32,000 bases of DNA from Haloferax volcanii DS2 (GCF_000025685.1 NC_013967.1:1770001-1802000); one strand, 5' to 3'; shown: positions 1 through 9,806, numbered from the stretch's first letter. The notes: generated by a model not told the origin, from the letters alone. A program made the numbers and translations.

Positions 1-297
1 ACGGCGACCATCATCGTCCCCGTGCTCATCGGTATCGGGAGCGTCTTCGCGGCGACGCTCGGGCTCACCGAGGTCTCCGCGGCGGTGTTCCTCGCGGTCA
101 GCGGGGCCATCGCGGCCTCGTTCGCGTTCGCGCTGCCGGTGGCGACGCCCCCGAACGCCATCGTCTTCGGGAGCGGCCACATCAAGCAGTCCCACATGAT
201 GCGGGCCGGGGCCGTCCTCAACGTCGTGATGACCGGCGTGCTGACCATCCTCATCTGGTTCCTCTTCCAGTTCGTCTGGCCGGCGTTCCTCTGGTAG
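1..297 (+). CDS. C-terminal end of a DASS/SLC13-family anion:sodium symporter (5' end lies outside the window)
   Basis: The frame is open from base 1 ([13 protein letters not shown]...). The hydrophobic TM segments and the motif [18 protein letters not shown] are typical of the last re-entrant loop of DASS transporters. Stop at 295-297. Confidence 0.7.
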   Translation, partial: TATIIVPVLIGIGSVFAATLGLTEVSAAVFLAVSGAIAASFAFALPVATPPNAIVFGSGHIKQSHMMRAGAVLNVVMTGVLTILIWFLFQFVWPAFLW

Positions 298-474
298 TCG
301 CTTCGTCGGCTTCCGACCGCGGCGGCCGCTCTCACCGCGGTGTCGGGGTGTTCCGCCGACGCCGTTTCGTCGCGCGCATTCGGCGCGGATTCCTCGCGTT
401 CGCCCGCCGCGTGCTCGCCCCCGTTCCTCAGCGATGCGATACGATTTTCCCGCCCGCCCGGAAATCACAGCCCA

Positions 475-1857
475 ATGATTGACAGGCAACTACTCCGCGA
501 CGAACCGGAGCGAGTTCGCGACGCGCTCGCCGCCCGAAACATGGAGGACGTGGACATCGACCGCGTCCTCGACGTGTACGACGAGTGGCGCTCGCTGAAG
601 GCCGAGGGCGACGACCTCCGCCACGAGCGCAACGAGGTCAGCCAGCAGATCGGCCAGCTGAAACAGGAGGGCAAAGACGAGGAGGCGCAGGAAGCCATCG
701 ACCGCTCGGGCGAACTCAAAGAGGAGCTCCAGGAGCTCGAAACCCGCGCCGACGAGCTCGAAGCGGAACTCGACGAGGCGCTCATGGAGCTGCCGAACCT
801 CCCCCACGAGTCGGTCCCCGTCGGAGCCGACGAGGACGACAACGAGGAGGTCCGCCGCGTCGGCTTCGACGACCTGCGCGAGCTCCCCGACGAGGTGACG
901 CCGCACTACGACCTCGGCGAGGAACTCGACATCATCGACGAGGGTCGCGCGGCCAAGACCACCGGCTCGGGCTTCTACTTCCTGAAAGGCGAGGGCGCGA
1001 TGCTCGAACACGCGCTCGTGCAGTTCATGCTCGACGTGCACCGCGAACAGGAGTACGTCGACCTGTTCCCGCCGATTCCGGTCAAGACCACCTCGATGGA
1101 GGGCACCGGCCAGCTCCCGAAGTTCGCGGAGGACGCCTACCGCATCGGCGGCGCGGAGACAGAGAACTACGACGACGACGACCTGTGGCTCTGTCCCACC
1201 GCGGAGGTGCCGGTGACGAACATGTACCGCGACGAGATTCTCCTGAAGGACGACCTCCCGCTGAAACATCAGGCGTACACGCCGAACTTCCGGCGCGAGG
1301 CGGGCGAACACGGCACCGAGACTCGCGGCATCGTCCGCGTCCACCAGTTCAACAAGGTCGAACTCGTCAACTTCGTCGAACCCGACGAGTCGTACGACCG
1401 GCTCGAAGCGCTCGTCGACGAGGCCGCCGAAGTGCTCGACCGACTCGGCCTGCCGTACCGCGTCCTCTCGCTTTGCACCGGCGACCTCACCTTCGCGTCG
1501 GCGAAGACCTACGACCTCGAAGTGTGGGCCCCCGGCACGGAGTCCGAGGACGCCCCCGAACAGGGCGGCCGCTGGCTGGAAGTGTCGTCGGCCTCGAACT
1601 TCGAGGACTTCCAGGCGCGCCGCGCGGGCCTCCGCTACCGCCCCGAGCGCCACGAGTCGGCGGAGTACCTCCACACGCTCAACGCCTCGGGCACGGCCGT
1701 CGGCCGCGTGATGGTCGCGCTGCTCGAATACTACCAAAACGAGGACGGCACGGTCGACGTGCCCGAACCCCTCCAGCCCTACATGGGCGGCCGCGAGGTC
1801 ATCGAGGGTCACGAGCCCGTCGGCGAGGCCGCGGTCGGCGCTGGCAAGAAAGACTGA
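475..1857 (+). CDS. serS: Seryl-tRNA synthetase (class II aaRS)
   Basis: ATG at 475 (MIDRQLLRDEPERVRDALAARN). It has an N-terminal coiled-coil arm, TAEVPVTNMYRDEIL, the motif-2-like FRREAGEHG and the motif-3-like SGTAVGRVMVALLE. The 45 codons upstream in the track ORF (340-474) are Ser/Ala/Pro-rich and unlikely to be coding. Confidence 0.95.
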   Translation: MIDRQLLRDEPERVRDALAARNMEDVDIDRVLDVYDEWRSLKAEGDDLRHERNEVSQQIGQLKQEGKDEEAQEAIDRSGELKEELQELETRADELEAELDEALMELPNLPHESVPVGADEDDNEEVRRVGFDDLRELPDEVTPHYDLGEELDIIDEGRAAKTTGSGFYFLKGEGAMLEHALVQFMLDVHREQEYVDLFPPIPVKTTSMEGTGQLPKFAEDAYRIGGAETENYDDDDLWLCPTAEVPVTNMYRDEILLKDDLPLKHQAYTPNFRREAGEHGTETRGIVRVHQFNKVELVNFVEPDESYDRLEALVDEAAEVLDRLGLPYRVLSLCTGDLTFASAKTYDLEVWAPGTESEDAPEQGGRWLEVSSASNFEDFQARRAGLRYRPERHESAEYLHTLNASGTAVGRVMVALLEYYQNEDGTVDVPEPLQPYMGGREVIEGHEPVGEAAVGAGKKD

Positions 1858-1906
1858 GCGTCTGACGCGCCGCGACCCCAGTACTCCGATTTCCAGCGAC
1901 GCCCCG

Positions 1907-2260
1907 TCAGTTCGCCGTCGAGGATTTGACGAACGTCTTCAGCTCCGAGAGCTTCCCGTCGCGCGCTCGAAACCGGTCGAGAAAGACGAACAGCTCGTCG
2001 CCATCGCCGTCTTCGAGGTGGCCGCGGACGACGATTTCGTCGTCGGACTTCGACTGGATGTAGCGTTCGATGACGTGTCGCGTGTCCTTCTGCGGCCGGT
2101 CGTCCCGCATGAACGTGACGAACTCCTCGCGCCCCGAGAGCGTCATGTCGCCGCGGTGCTGGACGAACTCCGGTTCGAGGAGGTTCCGAAGCATGTCGTA
2201 TCCGTGGTGGTCGAGCGCCGTGTAGTACTGCCGGGCCAGATACGTCGCGTCGGGGTGCAC
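1907..2260 (-). CDS. NTF2/SnoaL-like fold protein (117 aa)
   Basis: I take the GTG start at 2260 ([32 protein letters not shown]...). This is the SnoaL_2-like pattern, with a YY..lD N-terminus and a mixed acidic beta-rich C-terminus. The Arg-rich upstream part of track ORF 1907..2443 was rejected. Confidence 0.6.
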   Translation of the reverse strand: MHPDATYLARQYYTALDHHGYDMLRNLLEPEFVQHRGDMTLSGREEFVTFMRDDRPQKDTRHVIERYIQSKSDDEIVVRGHLEDGDGDELFVFLDRFRARDGKLSELKTFVKSSTAN

Positions 2261-2388
2261 GCGCTTTCTTCGTCGGCGGGCGGGAAGAATCCGACGCCGG
2301 CGCTGCCGGCCCTGTCGGTGTTGCCGTCGAACGCCCCGGCCGACACCGCGTTCGGGACGCTTTTCTCCGCCAGCCGCGTACCGCGGCT

Positions 2389-2886
2389 GTGGACCTGCAC
2401 GTTCGATACGAGGGCGACGACGACCCGAAGAAGTGCACGGCAAAGAAGCTCGAACGCTTCGACATGGCCGTCCTCCACGGCTCCGACCGCGAGACCCCCT
2501 ACGGCGTCGTGCTCAACCCGCACGCCGACAGGGCGCTGTCGCCCGCCGACGCGGACACCGGCGCGCTCGTCGCGCTCGACTGCTCGTGGGAATCGGCCGG
2601 CGAGGCCATGTTCTCGCTCCCCGGCGAGCACCGCGCGCTCCCCTATCTCGTCGCCGCCAACCCCGTGAACTTCGGCCGCCCGATGCAGCTGACGACGGTC
2701 GAGGCGATAGCGGCCGCCCTCGTCATCTTCGGCGAGAAGAAGCGGGCCGAAGACGTGCTCTCGAAGTTCAACTGGGGCCACACGTTCCTGGAACTCAACG
2801 AGGAGCCGCTGCGCCGGTACGCGGCGTGTGCGGACTCGACCGAGGTCGTCGAGATTCAGCGGGAGTACCTCGAACGCGGCGAGTAG
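2389..2886 (+). CDS. tsr3: 16S rRNA aminocarboxypropyltransferase Tsr3 (DUF367 family)
   Basis: GTG start at 2389. The motifs [31 protein letters not shown] and the C-terminal [10 protein letters not shown] are characteristic of archaeal Tsr3. Confidence 0.85.
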   Translation: MDLHVRYEGDDDPKKCTAKKLERFDMAVLHGSDRETPYGVVLNPHADRALSPADADTGALVALDCSWESAGEAMFSLPGEHRALPYLVAANPVNFGRPMQLTTVEAIAAALVIFGEKKRAEDVLSKFNWGHTFLELNEEPLRRYAACADSTEVVEIQREYLERGE

Positions 2887-2931
2887 CCCGTTGCGACGCC
2901 CTCCAACCGCCGCCTCAGATTCAGCTCAGCC

Positions 2932-3294
2932 TCAGCCCTTCACCCACGCGCCGGCGGCCCCGGCGATGGCGCTGTCGATTGCGAAGATGAGCGTCAGCAC
3001 GACGCCCGCGACGAGGACGCCGACGCCGCCGAGGAGGCCGCCCAGCGGCCCGCCGGCGAGTCCGAGCAGACTCCCGAGGAGCGCCGCGAAGAGCGTGACG
3101 ACGATGCCCGAGATGGAGCCCGCGACGAGGCCGTTCCACGCGCCGTTGCCGAGCGTGCCGCCCGCGAGGTAGCCCGCCGCGAAGCCACCGAGCAGGCCCG
3201 CGCCGATTTGGCCGACGACGGGGAGCGCCAGCCCGCCCGTGCCGACGACGACGATGACGACGAAGCCGACGGCGACAGCTTTCCAGTCAGTCAT
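2932..3294 (-). CDS. Small Gly-rich integral membrane protein (DUF5518-like, 120 aa)
   Basis: ATG at 3294 (MTDWKAVAVGFVVIVVVGTGG...). It has four Gly/Ala/Leu-rich hydrophobic stretches. Only this C-terminal part of the 529-aa track ORF looks like protein. Confidence 0.65.
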   Translation of the reverse strand: MTDWKAVAVGFVVIVVVGTGGLALPVVGQIGAGLLGGFAAGYLAGGTLGNGAWNGLVAGSISGIVVTLFAALLGSLLGLAGGPLGGLLGGVGVLVAGVVLTLIFAIDSAIAGAAGAWVKG

Positions 3295-3477
3295 GCGTCG
3301 AGGTAGGCCGCGGGCGGGCAAGAACTTCGTGGCGGCCCGGGTGGGGCGGGTCGTCCGGCCGCGCCCGTTCGCGTCCCCGCGCCGACCCCCTGCGACCCCT
3401 TCGCTTCCGGTCGAACCGTGCGGGAGACCTGCACGGCGAATCCCCCGCTCGAAGCGCCGAGCCCCAAACGGACGCGC

Positions 3478-3483
3478 TTTTAC
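3478..3483 (+). promoter_or_regulatory. TATA-like box (TTTTAC) for the Nog1-like GTPase gene
   Basis: An A/T hexamer sits 25-30 nt upstream of the ATG at 3508 in otherwise GC-rich DNA. This spacing fits a leaderless haloarchaeal transcript. Confidence 0.4.
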
Positions 3484-3507
3484 GGCTCGGCCATGTAGCG
3501 GACTGCA

Positions 3508-4485
3508 ATGATTTTCGAGTCTCTCCCGACCACGCCCCGGTCGGACGAACTCATCGACAAGGCCTTCTCGCGGGCCGCGCGCACGGGGCGAGCGAAGCAG
3601 AACAAGTTGGAGGCTCAGCAGTCGATGCTCCAGACGGCGTCGAACATCCTCTCGGACAACCTCGAGAACGTCGTCGTCGAGTGGCCCGACTTCGAGACGG
3701 TCGACCCCTTCTACTACGAACTCGCCGACGCCATCGTCGACGTCGACGAGGTCCGAAAGAGCCTCTCGGAAGTGATGTGGGCCTCCCGGCAGGTCGACAA
3801 CATCGCCCGCGAGTACCAGCCGAAGCTCCGCAAGACCGACGCGGACCTCGCGCGCAAGCACCGAAAGCAGGCGTTCGCCCGCATGGCGAGCGTCGTCGAG
3901 GAGGTCGAAGACGACCTGCTCCGCATCGGCGAGGCGCGCGACGCCCTGAAGGACCTCCCCGACATCCGCCCGGACGAACCGGCAATCGTCGTCGCCGGCT
4001 ACCCGAACGTCGGCAAGTCCTCGTTCGTGAACGACGTGACCCGCGCGTCGAACGAAATCGCCCGCTACCCCTTCACGACGAAGGGCGTCCAAATCGGGCA
4101 CTTCGACCGCGACCGCATCCGCTACCAGATTATCGACACGCCGGGGCTGCTCGACCGTCCCGAAGACGAGCGCAACGACATCGAGCGGCAGGCCGTGAGC
4201 GCCCTCGAACACCTCGCGGACGCCGTCCTCTTCGTCGCCGACGCCAGCGGGGCGTGCGGCTACCCCATCGAGTCGCAACTCGAACTCCGCGACGCCGTGA
4301 AAGCGCGCTTCGAGGAGCGAGACATCCCCGTCCTCACCGTCTGTAACAAGAGCGACCGCTCGACCGACATGGACGCCGACATCTACATGAGCGTCGAGAC
4401 GGGCGAGAACGTCGAGGCCGTCCTCGACGCCGCGGTCGAGGCCATCGGGTTCGAACCCGACATCCCGCCGTCGCGCAACGAGTAA
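3508..4485 (+). CDS. Nog1/NOG1-type GTP-binding protein (archaeal ribosome-biogenesis GTPase family)
   Basis: A NOG1-like helical N-terminal domain is followed by G1 GYPNVGKSS, G2 YPFTT, G3 DTPGLLDRP and G4 CNKSD. Confidence 0.85.
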   Translation: MIFESLPTTPRSDELIDKAFSRAARTGRAKQNKLEAQQSMLQTASNILSDNLENVVVEWPDFETVDPFYYELADAIVDVDEVRKSLSEVMWASRQVDNIAREYQPKLRKTDADLARKHRKQAFARMASVVEEVEDDLLRIGEARDALKDLPDIRPDEPAIVVAGYPNVGKSSFVNDVTRASNEIARYPFTTKGVQIGHFDRDRIRYQIIDTPGLLDRPEDERNDIERQAVSALEHLADAVLFVADASGACGYPIESQLELRDAVKARFEERDIPVLTVCNKSDRSTDMDADIYMSVETGENVEAVLDAAVEAIGFEPDIPPSRNE

Positions 4486-4628
4486 GCGACGCGGATTTTC
4501 CGGTTCTGTCGGTTTCGCCACGCCGCGAGCCCAGAGCGCCGCGGCTACGCGGTGGGTGTCGGAGAAAGAGGGCGCGAGGTGGGTCGAACCGTGGTTCGGT
4601 CAGCGATTCGGTCAGCGGGGGCGGGTTC

Positions 4629-5381
4629 CTATTCCGATTCGGCTTCGTAGACCATCTGGACGGTCGCCGAGACGGTCACGGGGCCGGGCGAGAGCTCGGT
4701 CGAACCGGACGAGGCGCGGGCGGCGTCCTCGGCGTAGGCGACCGGGTACGGCCCGGGCGAGGCGCTGCCGCCGACGGTGGCGGTGTGGACGCCCGTGACG
4801 GTCAGGTCGGCGGCGCTGGCGACCGAGTCGGCGTCGGCCTTCGCGGAGTCGACGGCGCGGGTCAGGGCTTCTTCGCGGAGTTCGGCGCGCTTCTCGTCGG
4901 TGAGCGTGAAGGCGACGCCGCGGATTTCGCTGGCACCGGCACCGACCGCGAGGTCGATGACTTCGCCGGCGCGGTCGGGGGCGACCTCGACGCGGAGGGT
5001 GTGGGCGGCGCGGTAGCCGAGGAGTTCGCGTTCCTGACCGCTGTAATCGTACTCGGGGTAGATGTTGAAGCCGGTCGTCTGGACGGCGTCCTCGGCGATG
5101 CCGGCGTCGGTGAGGGCGGCGCGGACGGCGGCCACGTCGTCGGCGACGGTGCCGCGGGCCTCGTCGGCCGAGTCCGCGGTGGTCGTCACGGCGATGGAGA
5201 CCACGGCGAGGTCGGCGTCGGCGGTCACTTCGCCGGTGCCGGTCGTGGAGACGGTCGTCGCGTTCGTCGCGTTTATCCCGTCTGCGCCCCCGTCGGCCGT
5301 CGTCTGCAAGGGTGCCGAGAGGCAGCCAGCGAGGAGGACGAGGCCGACGAGGAATATCGGAGCAATCGTGCGTCGTTGCAT
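4629..5381 (-). CDS. Secreted lipoprotein, SIMPL/DUF541 domain
   Basis: The signal peptide carries a lipobox (MQRRTIAPIFLVGLVLLAGC). The body (GFNIYPEYDY...GYRAAHTLRVEV...SPGPVTVSATVQMVYE) matches the SIMPL / 26-kDa periplasmic immunogenic protein fold family. Confidence 0.75.
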   Translation of the reverse strand: MQRRTIAPIFLVGLVLLAGCLSAPLQTTADGGADGINATNATTVSTTGTGEVTADADLAVVSIAVTTTADSADEARGTVADDVAAVRAALTDAGIAEDAVQTTGFNIYPEYDYSGQERELLGYRAAHTLRVEVAPDRAGEVIDLAVGAGASEIRGVAFTLTDEKRAELREEALTRAVDSAKADADSVASAADLTVTGVHTATVGGSASPGPYPVAYAEDAARASSGSTELSPGPVTVSATVQMVYEAESE

Positions 5382-5471
5382 ACCTCTCGTACGTCGGTTC
5401 AGCTATTCAAGCCGCGCTAGAGACAAAGAGCGACTGTAGCCTTCGAAACGGGAGACGGGACGCCGGTCGCC

Positions 5472-6776
5472 CTACTCCACGACGGCGACGTAGCGCACTT
5501 CGACGTCGATTTCGCTCGCCCCCCACGGCGACAGCGGTTCGGGGGCGACGGCGTTCACCCGCCTCGTGAGTTCGCGTTCGACCATCGGCGGGTCGGAGGC
5601 CGGGTCGTAGCCGACGGTCACGACGATTCCCTCCGGCTCTTGCAGCGGCCCGCTGCCGTACCGCAGCTCCATCGACAGCAGGCGGGCGTCGGTGTCCGAA
5701 AGCGCGTCTTCGATGGCGTCGTGCGCCTCCGACTGGAAGTCGGCGTTCCGGTAGGTCGTGTAGGTGACCGCGCCGAGGAACGACGAGAGGACGAGCAGGC
5801 CGACCCCGATGACGGCGATGCGGAACAGGGCGGCCCGGCGGGCCTCGTCGCGACGAATCCAGCGCTCGGGGCGGTAGCCCTGTCGCCAGAGGACGCCGAT
5901 GGCGACGAAGTTGACCGAAAGGATGTTGACGAGGACGAGGATGGCCGACCCGACGACGGCCTCGGGCGCGCCCCACGCGATGCCGATGCCGACGACGGCG
6001 GTCGGCGGGACCAACGCGGCGGCTATCATGACGCCGACGAGCGCGGTCGAGACGCCCGAGGAGAGCGAAATCGCGCCCGCCGCCCCCGCGCCGAGCGCGA
6101 TGACGAGCGACAGCACGTCGGGCGCGAGGCGCTCGTCCACCTCGGGAATCGACAGCACCTCGGCCGGTGACAGCGGGACCGCCCCGGTCTGTTTGAGCAG
6201 GAAGGCGAAGGCGGCGGCCGCGCCGACCGCGAGGAGGCCGCCGAGCGCTTGCAGGCGAACCCCGCGGGCGAACATCTCGTCGTCGTCGACGACGGTGCCG
6301 ACGCTCGCGGACATCGCGGGGCCGACGAGCGGGGCGATGACCATCGAGCCGACGACCACGGCGGGCGAGTCCAGAAGCAGGCCCGCGGTGGCGACGAGCG
6401 CCGAGATGACCGTCATGAGCACGTACGTCGACACCGACGGCGCGAGGTCGGCGGCCTTCGAGGCCAGCTCCTCGCGGGCGATGCGGTCGCCGTTCTCGTC
6501 GTCTTCCTCGTACTGCTCGCGCAGTTGATCGAACCGCTTCGAGGCGACCGTCTCGGCCGCGACGACGACGGTGTAGGCGTCGCGCTCGACGCCCGCTTCG
6601 CGGAGCCGAGCCAACACCGGTTCGACGGCCTCCTTTGGGACCGGGAAGGTGACGACGGCGACGAAGCCGCGCCCGGAGGTCTCCTCGGAGACGGCGTAGT
6701 CGACGCCCTCCTCGTCGAGCGTCCGCAGGACGGCCTCGCGCTTGCCGGTCGGCACCAACACCTGTACGAGTCGCAC
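5472..6776 (-). CDS. DUF389 / TIGR00341-family membrane protein
   Basis: GTG start at 6776 (MRLVQVLVPTGKREAVLRTLDEEGVDYAV). It has an N-terminal ACT-like soluble domain, about 6 TM helices and a C-terminal soluble domain. Confidence 0.8.
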   Translation of the reverse strand: MRLVQVLVPTGKREAVLRTLDEEGVDYAVSEETSGRGFVAVVTFPVPKEAVEPVLARLREAGVERDAYTVVVAAETVASKRFDQLREQYEEDDENGDRIAREELASKAADLAPSVSTYVLMTVISALVATAGLLLDSPAVVVGSMVIAPLVGPAMSASVGTVVDDDEMFARGVRLQALGGLLAVGAAAAFAFLLKQTGAVPLSPAEVLSIPEVDERLAPDVLSLVIALGAGAAGAISLSSGVSTALVGVMIAAALVPPTAVVGIGIAWGAPEAVVGSAILVLVNILSVNFVAIGVLWRQGYRPERWIRRDEARRAALFRIAVIGVGLLVLSSFLGAVTYTTYRNADFQSEAHDAIEDALSDTDARLLSMELRYGSGPLQEPEGIVVTVGYDPASDPPMVERELTRRVNAVAPEPLSPWGASEIDVEVRYVAVVE

Positions 6777-6800
6777 GGCCTCACGTCGGCCCGGGCGGTG

Positions 6801-6806
6801 AAATAA
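6801..6806 (-). promoter_or_regulatory. TATA-like box (minus strand CTTATTTC) for the DUF389 gene
   Basis: An A/T block lies 25-30 nt upstream of the GTG at 6776, just downstream of the stop of the preceding gene. Confidence 0.4.
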
Positions 6807-6818
6807 GCAGGGGCTCGG

Positions 6819-7550
6819 CTACTCGCCCACCGCGCCCGACTCGTCGCGCAACCGCCGGAGGACGGGCATCTCGTCGAGGCGCTCGTCGGGGAGCGCGCCC
6901 CAGTCGATTCCCTCGGGCCGCGGATACGGGGTCTCGGTTCGGACCAGCCGGTCGGGGGTGACGACGAAGTCCATCGGCACGTCGTGGGCGTCCGGCTCGG
7001 GCAGGTCGTCGCGGACCTGTCGCTCGTGGACCGTCGTCGCCACGGTCGTCTCCGCGGTGACGGCTCCCAGCCCCCGCAACACCGCGTATTCGAGGTCGCT
7101 GAACCCCTCGCCCTTCCCGACGCGAGCGCCCGTCTCGGAGACGGCGACCGACCCCGAGACGACGAGGTCGATGGGCGGCAGCGCGTCGGGGCCGACCGTG
7201 TCGGCGTAGGTCTCGACGTGCGAGACGGTCGGCGCGCTGTCGAGGTGTTCGTCGTCGATGCGCGCGGGGTCGAGTTCGTAGAAGCACTCCTCGTCGCGGA
7301 GTCGCGGGACGGCCATGTAGACGGTCTTGCCCTCGCGGAGCGCCCGCCGCCTGACGGGGAGTTGCGGGGCGTCCGGGTTGGCCTTCACCGCGTCGGCGGC
7401 GGCCCACTCGGGCGTCGCCGCGAGTCGCTCGGCGGCCGCCGTCGCGTCGTCGAAGTTCGGGATGCGGCCGTGCGGCGGGAAGGGAAACCGGGCCGCGCCC
7501 GACGATTCGAGGTCGTCCCACACCGTCGTTCGGAGCGTCGCTTTGTCCAT
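6819..7550 (-). CDS. 5-formyltetrahydrofolate cyclo-ligase family protein
   Basis: MDKATLRTTVWDDLESSGAARFPFPPHGRIPNF...KANPDAPQLPVRRRALREGKTVYMAVPRL...GKGEGFSDLEYA is the typical archaeal 5-FCL-like (MTHFS family) pattern. Confidence 0.8.
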   Translation of the reverse strand: MDKATLRTTVWDDLESSGAARFPFPPHGRIPNFDDATAAAERLAATPEWAAADAVKANPDAPQLPVRRRALREGKTVYMAVPRLRDEECFYELDPARIDDEHLDSAPTVSHVETYADTVGPDALPPIDLVVSGSVAVSETGARVGKGEGFSDLEYAVLRGLGAVTAETTVATTVHERQVRDDLPEPDAHDVPMDFVVTPDRLVRTETPYPRPEGIDWGALPDERLDEMPVLRRLRDESGAVGE

Positions 7551-7641
7551 CGCGTCGCCGTCGCGTACTCGCGCCGGGCCAATAGCTCCCCCGCTCGGGC
7601 CGCGAGCGGTTCCGGCCGCCGCGCAGTCTCCCAGTCGGTCG

Positions 7642-8232
7642 TTACGAGAGGTCGGCCGCCGACTGCGACAACAGCACCTTCCGGAGGACGGTGTCGGCCC
7701 CGCGGCGGACGCGCTCGGAGGCGGCCTGCGGGCTGATTCCGAGTCGGTCGGCCACCTCGTTGAGCGTGGTTCGCCGCGGAACCTCGAAGTACCCCTCGGA
7801 GACGGCGGTGACGAGCGCCTCCTGTTGTTCGTCGGTGATGTCGAAGTTGTAGACGCCCGGTTCGCCCTCCGCGAGGGTGTAGATGCGCTCGACGTGGAAC
7901 TCGATGGTCTCGTCCTGACAGCGGTTGTGGAACTCGGTGAGCGCCGCGTGGTCGTTGAATCTGAGGCGGAACAGCCACGGGTCGTTGCCGCGGGCTTCGA
8001 GAATCGTCGCCTCGCTGTCGGTGAGAACCCGGGTCAGACTCGACGTGGACTCCCCCCAGTTGACCTTGTACAACACCCGGTCTTCGATGCGGGCGACGGC
8101 CGCCAAATCGTCGACGAGCCGGTCGTCTCGGACGACGCGCTCTAACTCGAGGTGGACGCCGTTCGACACGGCGGTGACCCTCCCGAGGCCGAAGCTCTCT
8201 GAGTCAATCGTCAACTCGACGATTACGGCCAT
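7642..8232 (-). CDS. HTH_10 (bacterio-opsin-activator-type) DNA-binding protein, 196 aa
   Basis: The C-terminal sequence LTDEQQEALVTAVSEGYFEVPRRTTLNEVADRLGISPQAASERVRRGADTVL is the canonical HTH_10 domain. A TATA-like TTCAATAC lies 26-33 nt upstream of the ATG. Confidence 0.8.
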   Translation of the reverse strand: MAVIVELTIDSESFGLGRVTAVSNGVHLELERVVRDDRLVDDLAAVARIEDRVLYKVNWGESTSSLTRVLTDSEATILEARGNDPWLFRLRFNDHAALTEFHNRCQDETIEFHVERIYTLAEGEPGVYNFDITDEQQEALVTAVSEGYFEVPRRTTLNEVADRLGISPQAASERVRRGADTVLRKVLLSQSAADLS

Positions 8233-8717
8233 TGCTGGCTCTCATTTAGCAGCCGCTGTATTGAACACCTATGTCAACCGAAAACCACGACCGCGCCCGG
8301 AGGTCGGCCTCGTCGCCGCCGGGGCGCGCTCGTGTTCGGCAGGATTTCGGCCGACAACGTTCGTGTGTGACCGCAGCCCACTCGGACGCGCGCCCCATCG
8401 ATTTCCCGGATGCACTACTTCAATGACCGGACTGTGAAAGCAGAAAGAGAATGCTGGCTTGCTAGCTATGACCCCTCGGGGGACGTAGTTGTGAACGCAC
8501 ACAGACATCGACAGCCGTACGCCGCCCGACAGCGCCGTGGTGGTACAGCCGCGTACCGACGTGTGACTGACGAGCCGCGCTCTCGACGGTACCGGTATCG
8601 GGTGGTGTTCGCCGGGTGCCCGGAGCGGGGCCTGTCAGCGACTCGCGGAAGCCGCGTTATCTCGGCGTCTCGCGCCCGTCCCGCGACGCCCGTTCGGATT
8701 CGACGGGGGTTGCGCCG

Positions 8718-9050
8718 ATGGTAGCCACAGCGTCCCCCCGCCTCGACGAGGCGTTCGACGCCCTCGGAAACGTCCATCGGCGACGGTTGCTGTTGGGCCT
8801 GCGCCGACGGCGACGCACGCGCCTCGACGCGGCAACGCGGGACGCGGCCGTTGGTGGCGGCCGCGACCGCGACCGACTGAAGCTGGAACTGTTCCACGTT
8901 CACCTGCCGAAGCTCGCTGACGCCGGCTTCGTCGACTGGAACCGTCGTCGCGGTTCCGTCGCGTGCGGCCCTCGATTCGACGAAATCGAGCCGCTGCTGC
9001 GATTCCTCGACGAGCACGCCGGCGAGCCATCGGTCGGCGGCTGTGACTGA
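8718..9050 (+). CDS. Small ArsR-like wHTH protein (DUF7344-like), 110 aa
   Basis: ATG at 8718. LDEAFDALGNVHRRRLLLGL ... HVHLPKLADAGFVDWNRRRGSV ... FDEIEPLL matches the haloarchaeal DUF7344 pattern (xxRRRxxL ... HxHLPKLxxxGxV). The Arg-rich linker makes it atypical. Confidence 0.6.
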   Translation: MVATASPRLDEAFDALGNVHRRRLLLGLRRRRRTRLDAATRDAAVGGGRDRDRLKLELFHVHLPKLADAGFVDWNRRRGSVACGPRFDEIEPLLRFLDEHAGEPSVGGCD

Positions 9051-9078
9051 CGCGGCCGCCGCATTCACGCGTCGTCGT

Positions 9079-9119
9079 CGAGTCGCTGTGGGGGCGACTC
9101 GCCCGGAGGCGTGATTTTT
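9079..9119 (+). terminator. Hairpin plus T5 tract downstream of the DUF7344-like gene
   Basis: An 8-bp stem (CGAGTCGC / GCGACTCG, 9079-9101) with a 7-nt loop is followed by TTTTT at 9115-9119. Oligo-T is the known archaeal termination signal. Confidence 0.4.
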
Positions 9120-9188
9120 CGACGCCGACGCCGCGCACCGGCGGGTCCGTTCCGCCCACCTTATCCGTCGCGGTGGCGAACCACCGGT

Positions 9189-9806
9189 ATGTTCCAAGAC
9201 CGACCGGACCGCGACGAAATCGTCCTCGTCGGGCGGTCGAACGTGGGGAAGTCCACCCTGATGCGAGAGCTGACGGGTCACAGCAAGTTCACGACGGGCA
9301 AGAAGCCCGGCGTCACCCGAAAGCCCAACCACTTCGACTGGAACGCGGAGAAATTCATGTTCACCGACCTCCCCGGGTTCGGCTTCATGTCCGGCGTCGA
9401 CCGCGACACCCGCGAGGCAATCAAGACCGACGTCGTCCAGTACATCGAGGAGCACGCCGACGACATCCTCGCGGCGGTCCTCGTCGTCGACGGGAAGAGC
9501 GTCATCGACATCATCGACCGCCACACCACCGAAGACTCCATCCCGCACGACGTGGAGATGTTCTTCTTCCTCGACGAACTCGACATCCCGACCGTGGTCG
9601 CGGTCAACAAGATGGACAAGGTCGACGACCGCGACGAGCGCCTGAACGACCTCTGTGACCGCCTCGGCCTCTTCCCGCCGTGGAAGCAGTGGCGGAACGT
9701 CATCGCGCCCATCACGGCCAAGCGCGGCGACATCTCCCACCTCGAAGACGCCCTGCGGTCGCACCTCCACGAACAGGGCCGCGACGACCTGTTCAAGTTC
9801 CTCTGA
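9189..9806 (+). CDS. engB: GTP-binding protein EngB (YihA/YsxC family)
   Basis: ATG at 9189 ([30 protein letters not shown]). G1 is [10 protein letters not shown]3 is DLPGFG and G4 is NKMDKV. A TATA-like CTTATC lies about 27 nt upstream. Confidence 0.85.
   Translation: MFQDRPDRDEIVLVGRSNVGKSTLMRELTGHSKFTTGKKPGVTRKPNHFDWNAEKFMFTDLPGFGFMSGVDRDTREAIKTDVVQYIEEHADDILAAVLVVDGKSVIDIIDRHTTEDSIPHDVEMFFFLDELDIPTVVAVNKMDKVDDRDERLNDLCDRLGLFPPWKQWRNVIAPITAKRGDISHLEDALRSHLHEQGRDDLFKFL

Noticed and set aside
340-474. N-terminal extensions appear in several track ORFs: serS from 340, mutS from 20399, ddh from 11080, engB from 9111, NUDIX from 28913, the DUF5810-like gene from 29830, HalOD1 from 30441 and moxR from 20462.
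   Set aside because: Family-typical N-termini begin at internal ATG or GTG codons that sit 23-33 nt downstream of A/T-rich TATA-like boxes. The upstream extensions are Arg/Pro/Ser-rich and would overlap neighbouring genes or promoters. Only the moxR 20462 alternative remains plausible.
490-1865. Long ORFs overlap serS: 490..1812 on the minus strand (440 aa) and 585..1865 on the plus strand (426 aa).
   Set aside because: These are antisense or off-frame to a gene with unambiguous serS motifs. Their products are low-complexity (Val/Glu/Arg-rich or Arg/Pro/Gly-rich) and have no recognisable domain. Such ORFs are expected because stop codons are rare in GC-rich sequence.
8689-8707. The hairpin CCCGT-TCGGATTCG-ACGGG resembles a tRNA T-arm, just upstream of the DUF7344-like ATG.
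   Set aside because: The loop is 9 nt rather than 7. No matching acceptor-stem complement to the following GGTTGCG exists upstream, so it is not a tRNA. It is probably a fortuitous 5'-proximal hairpin.
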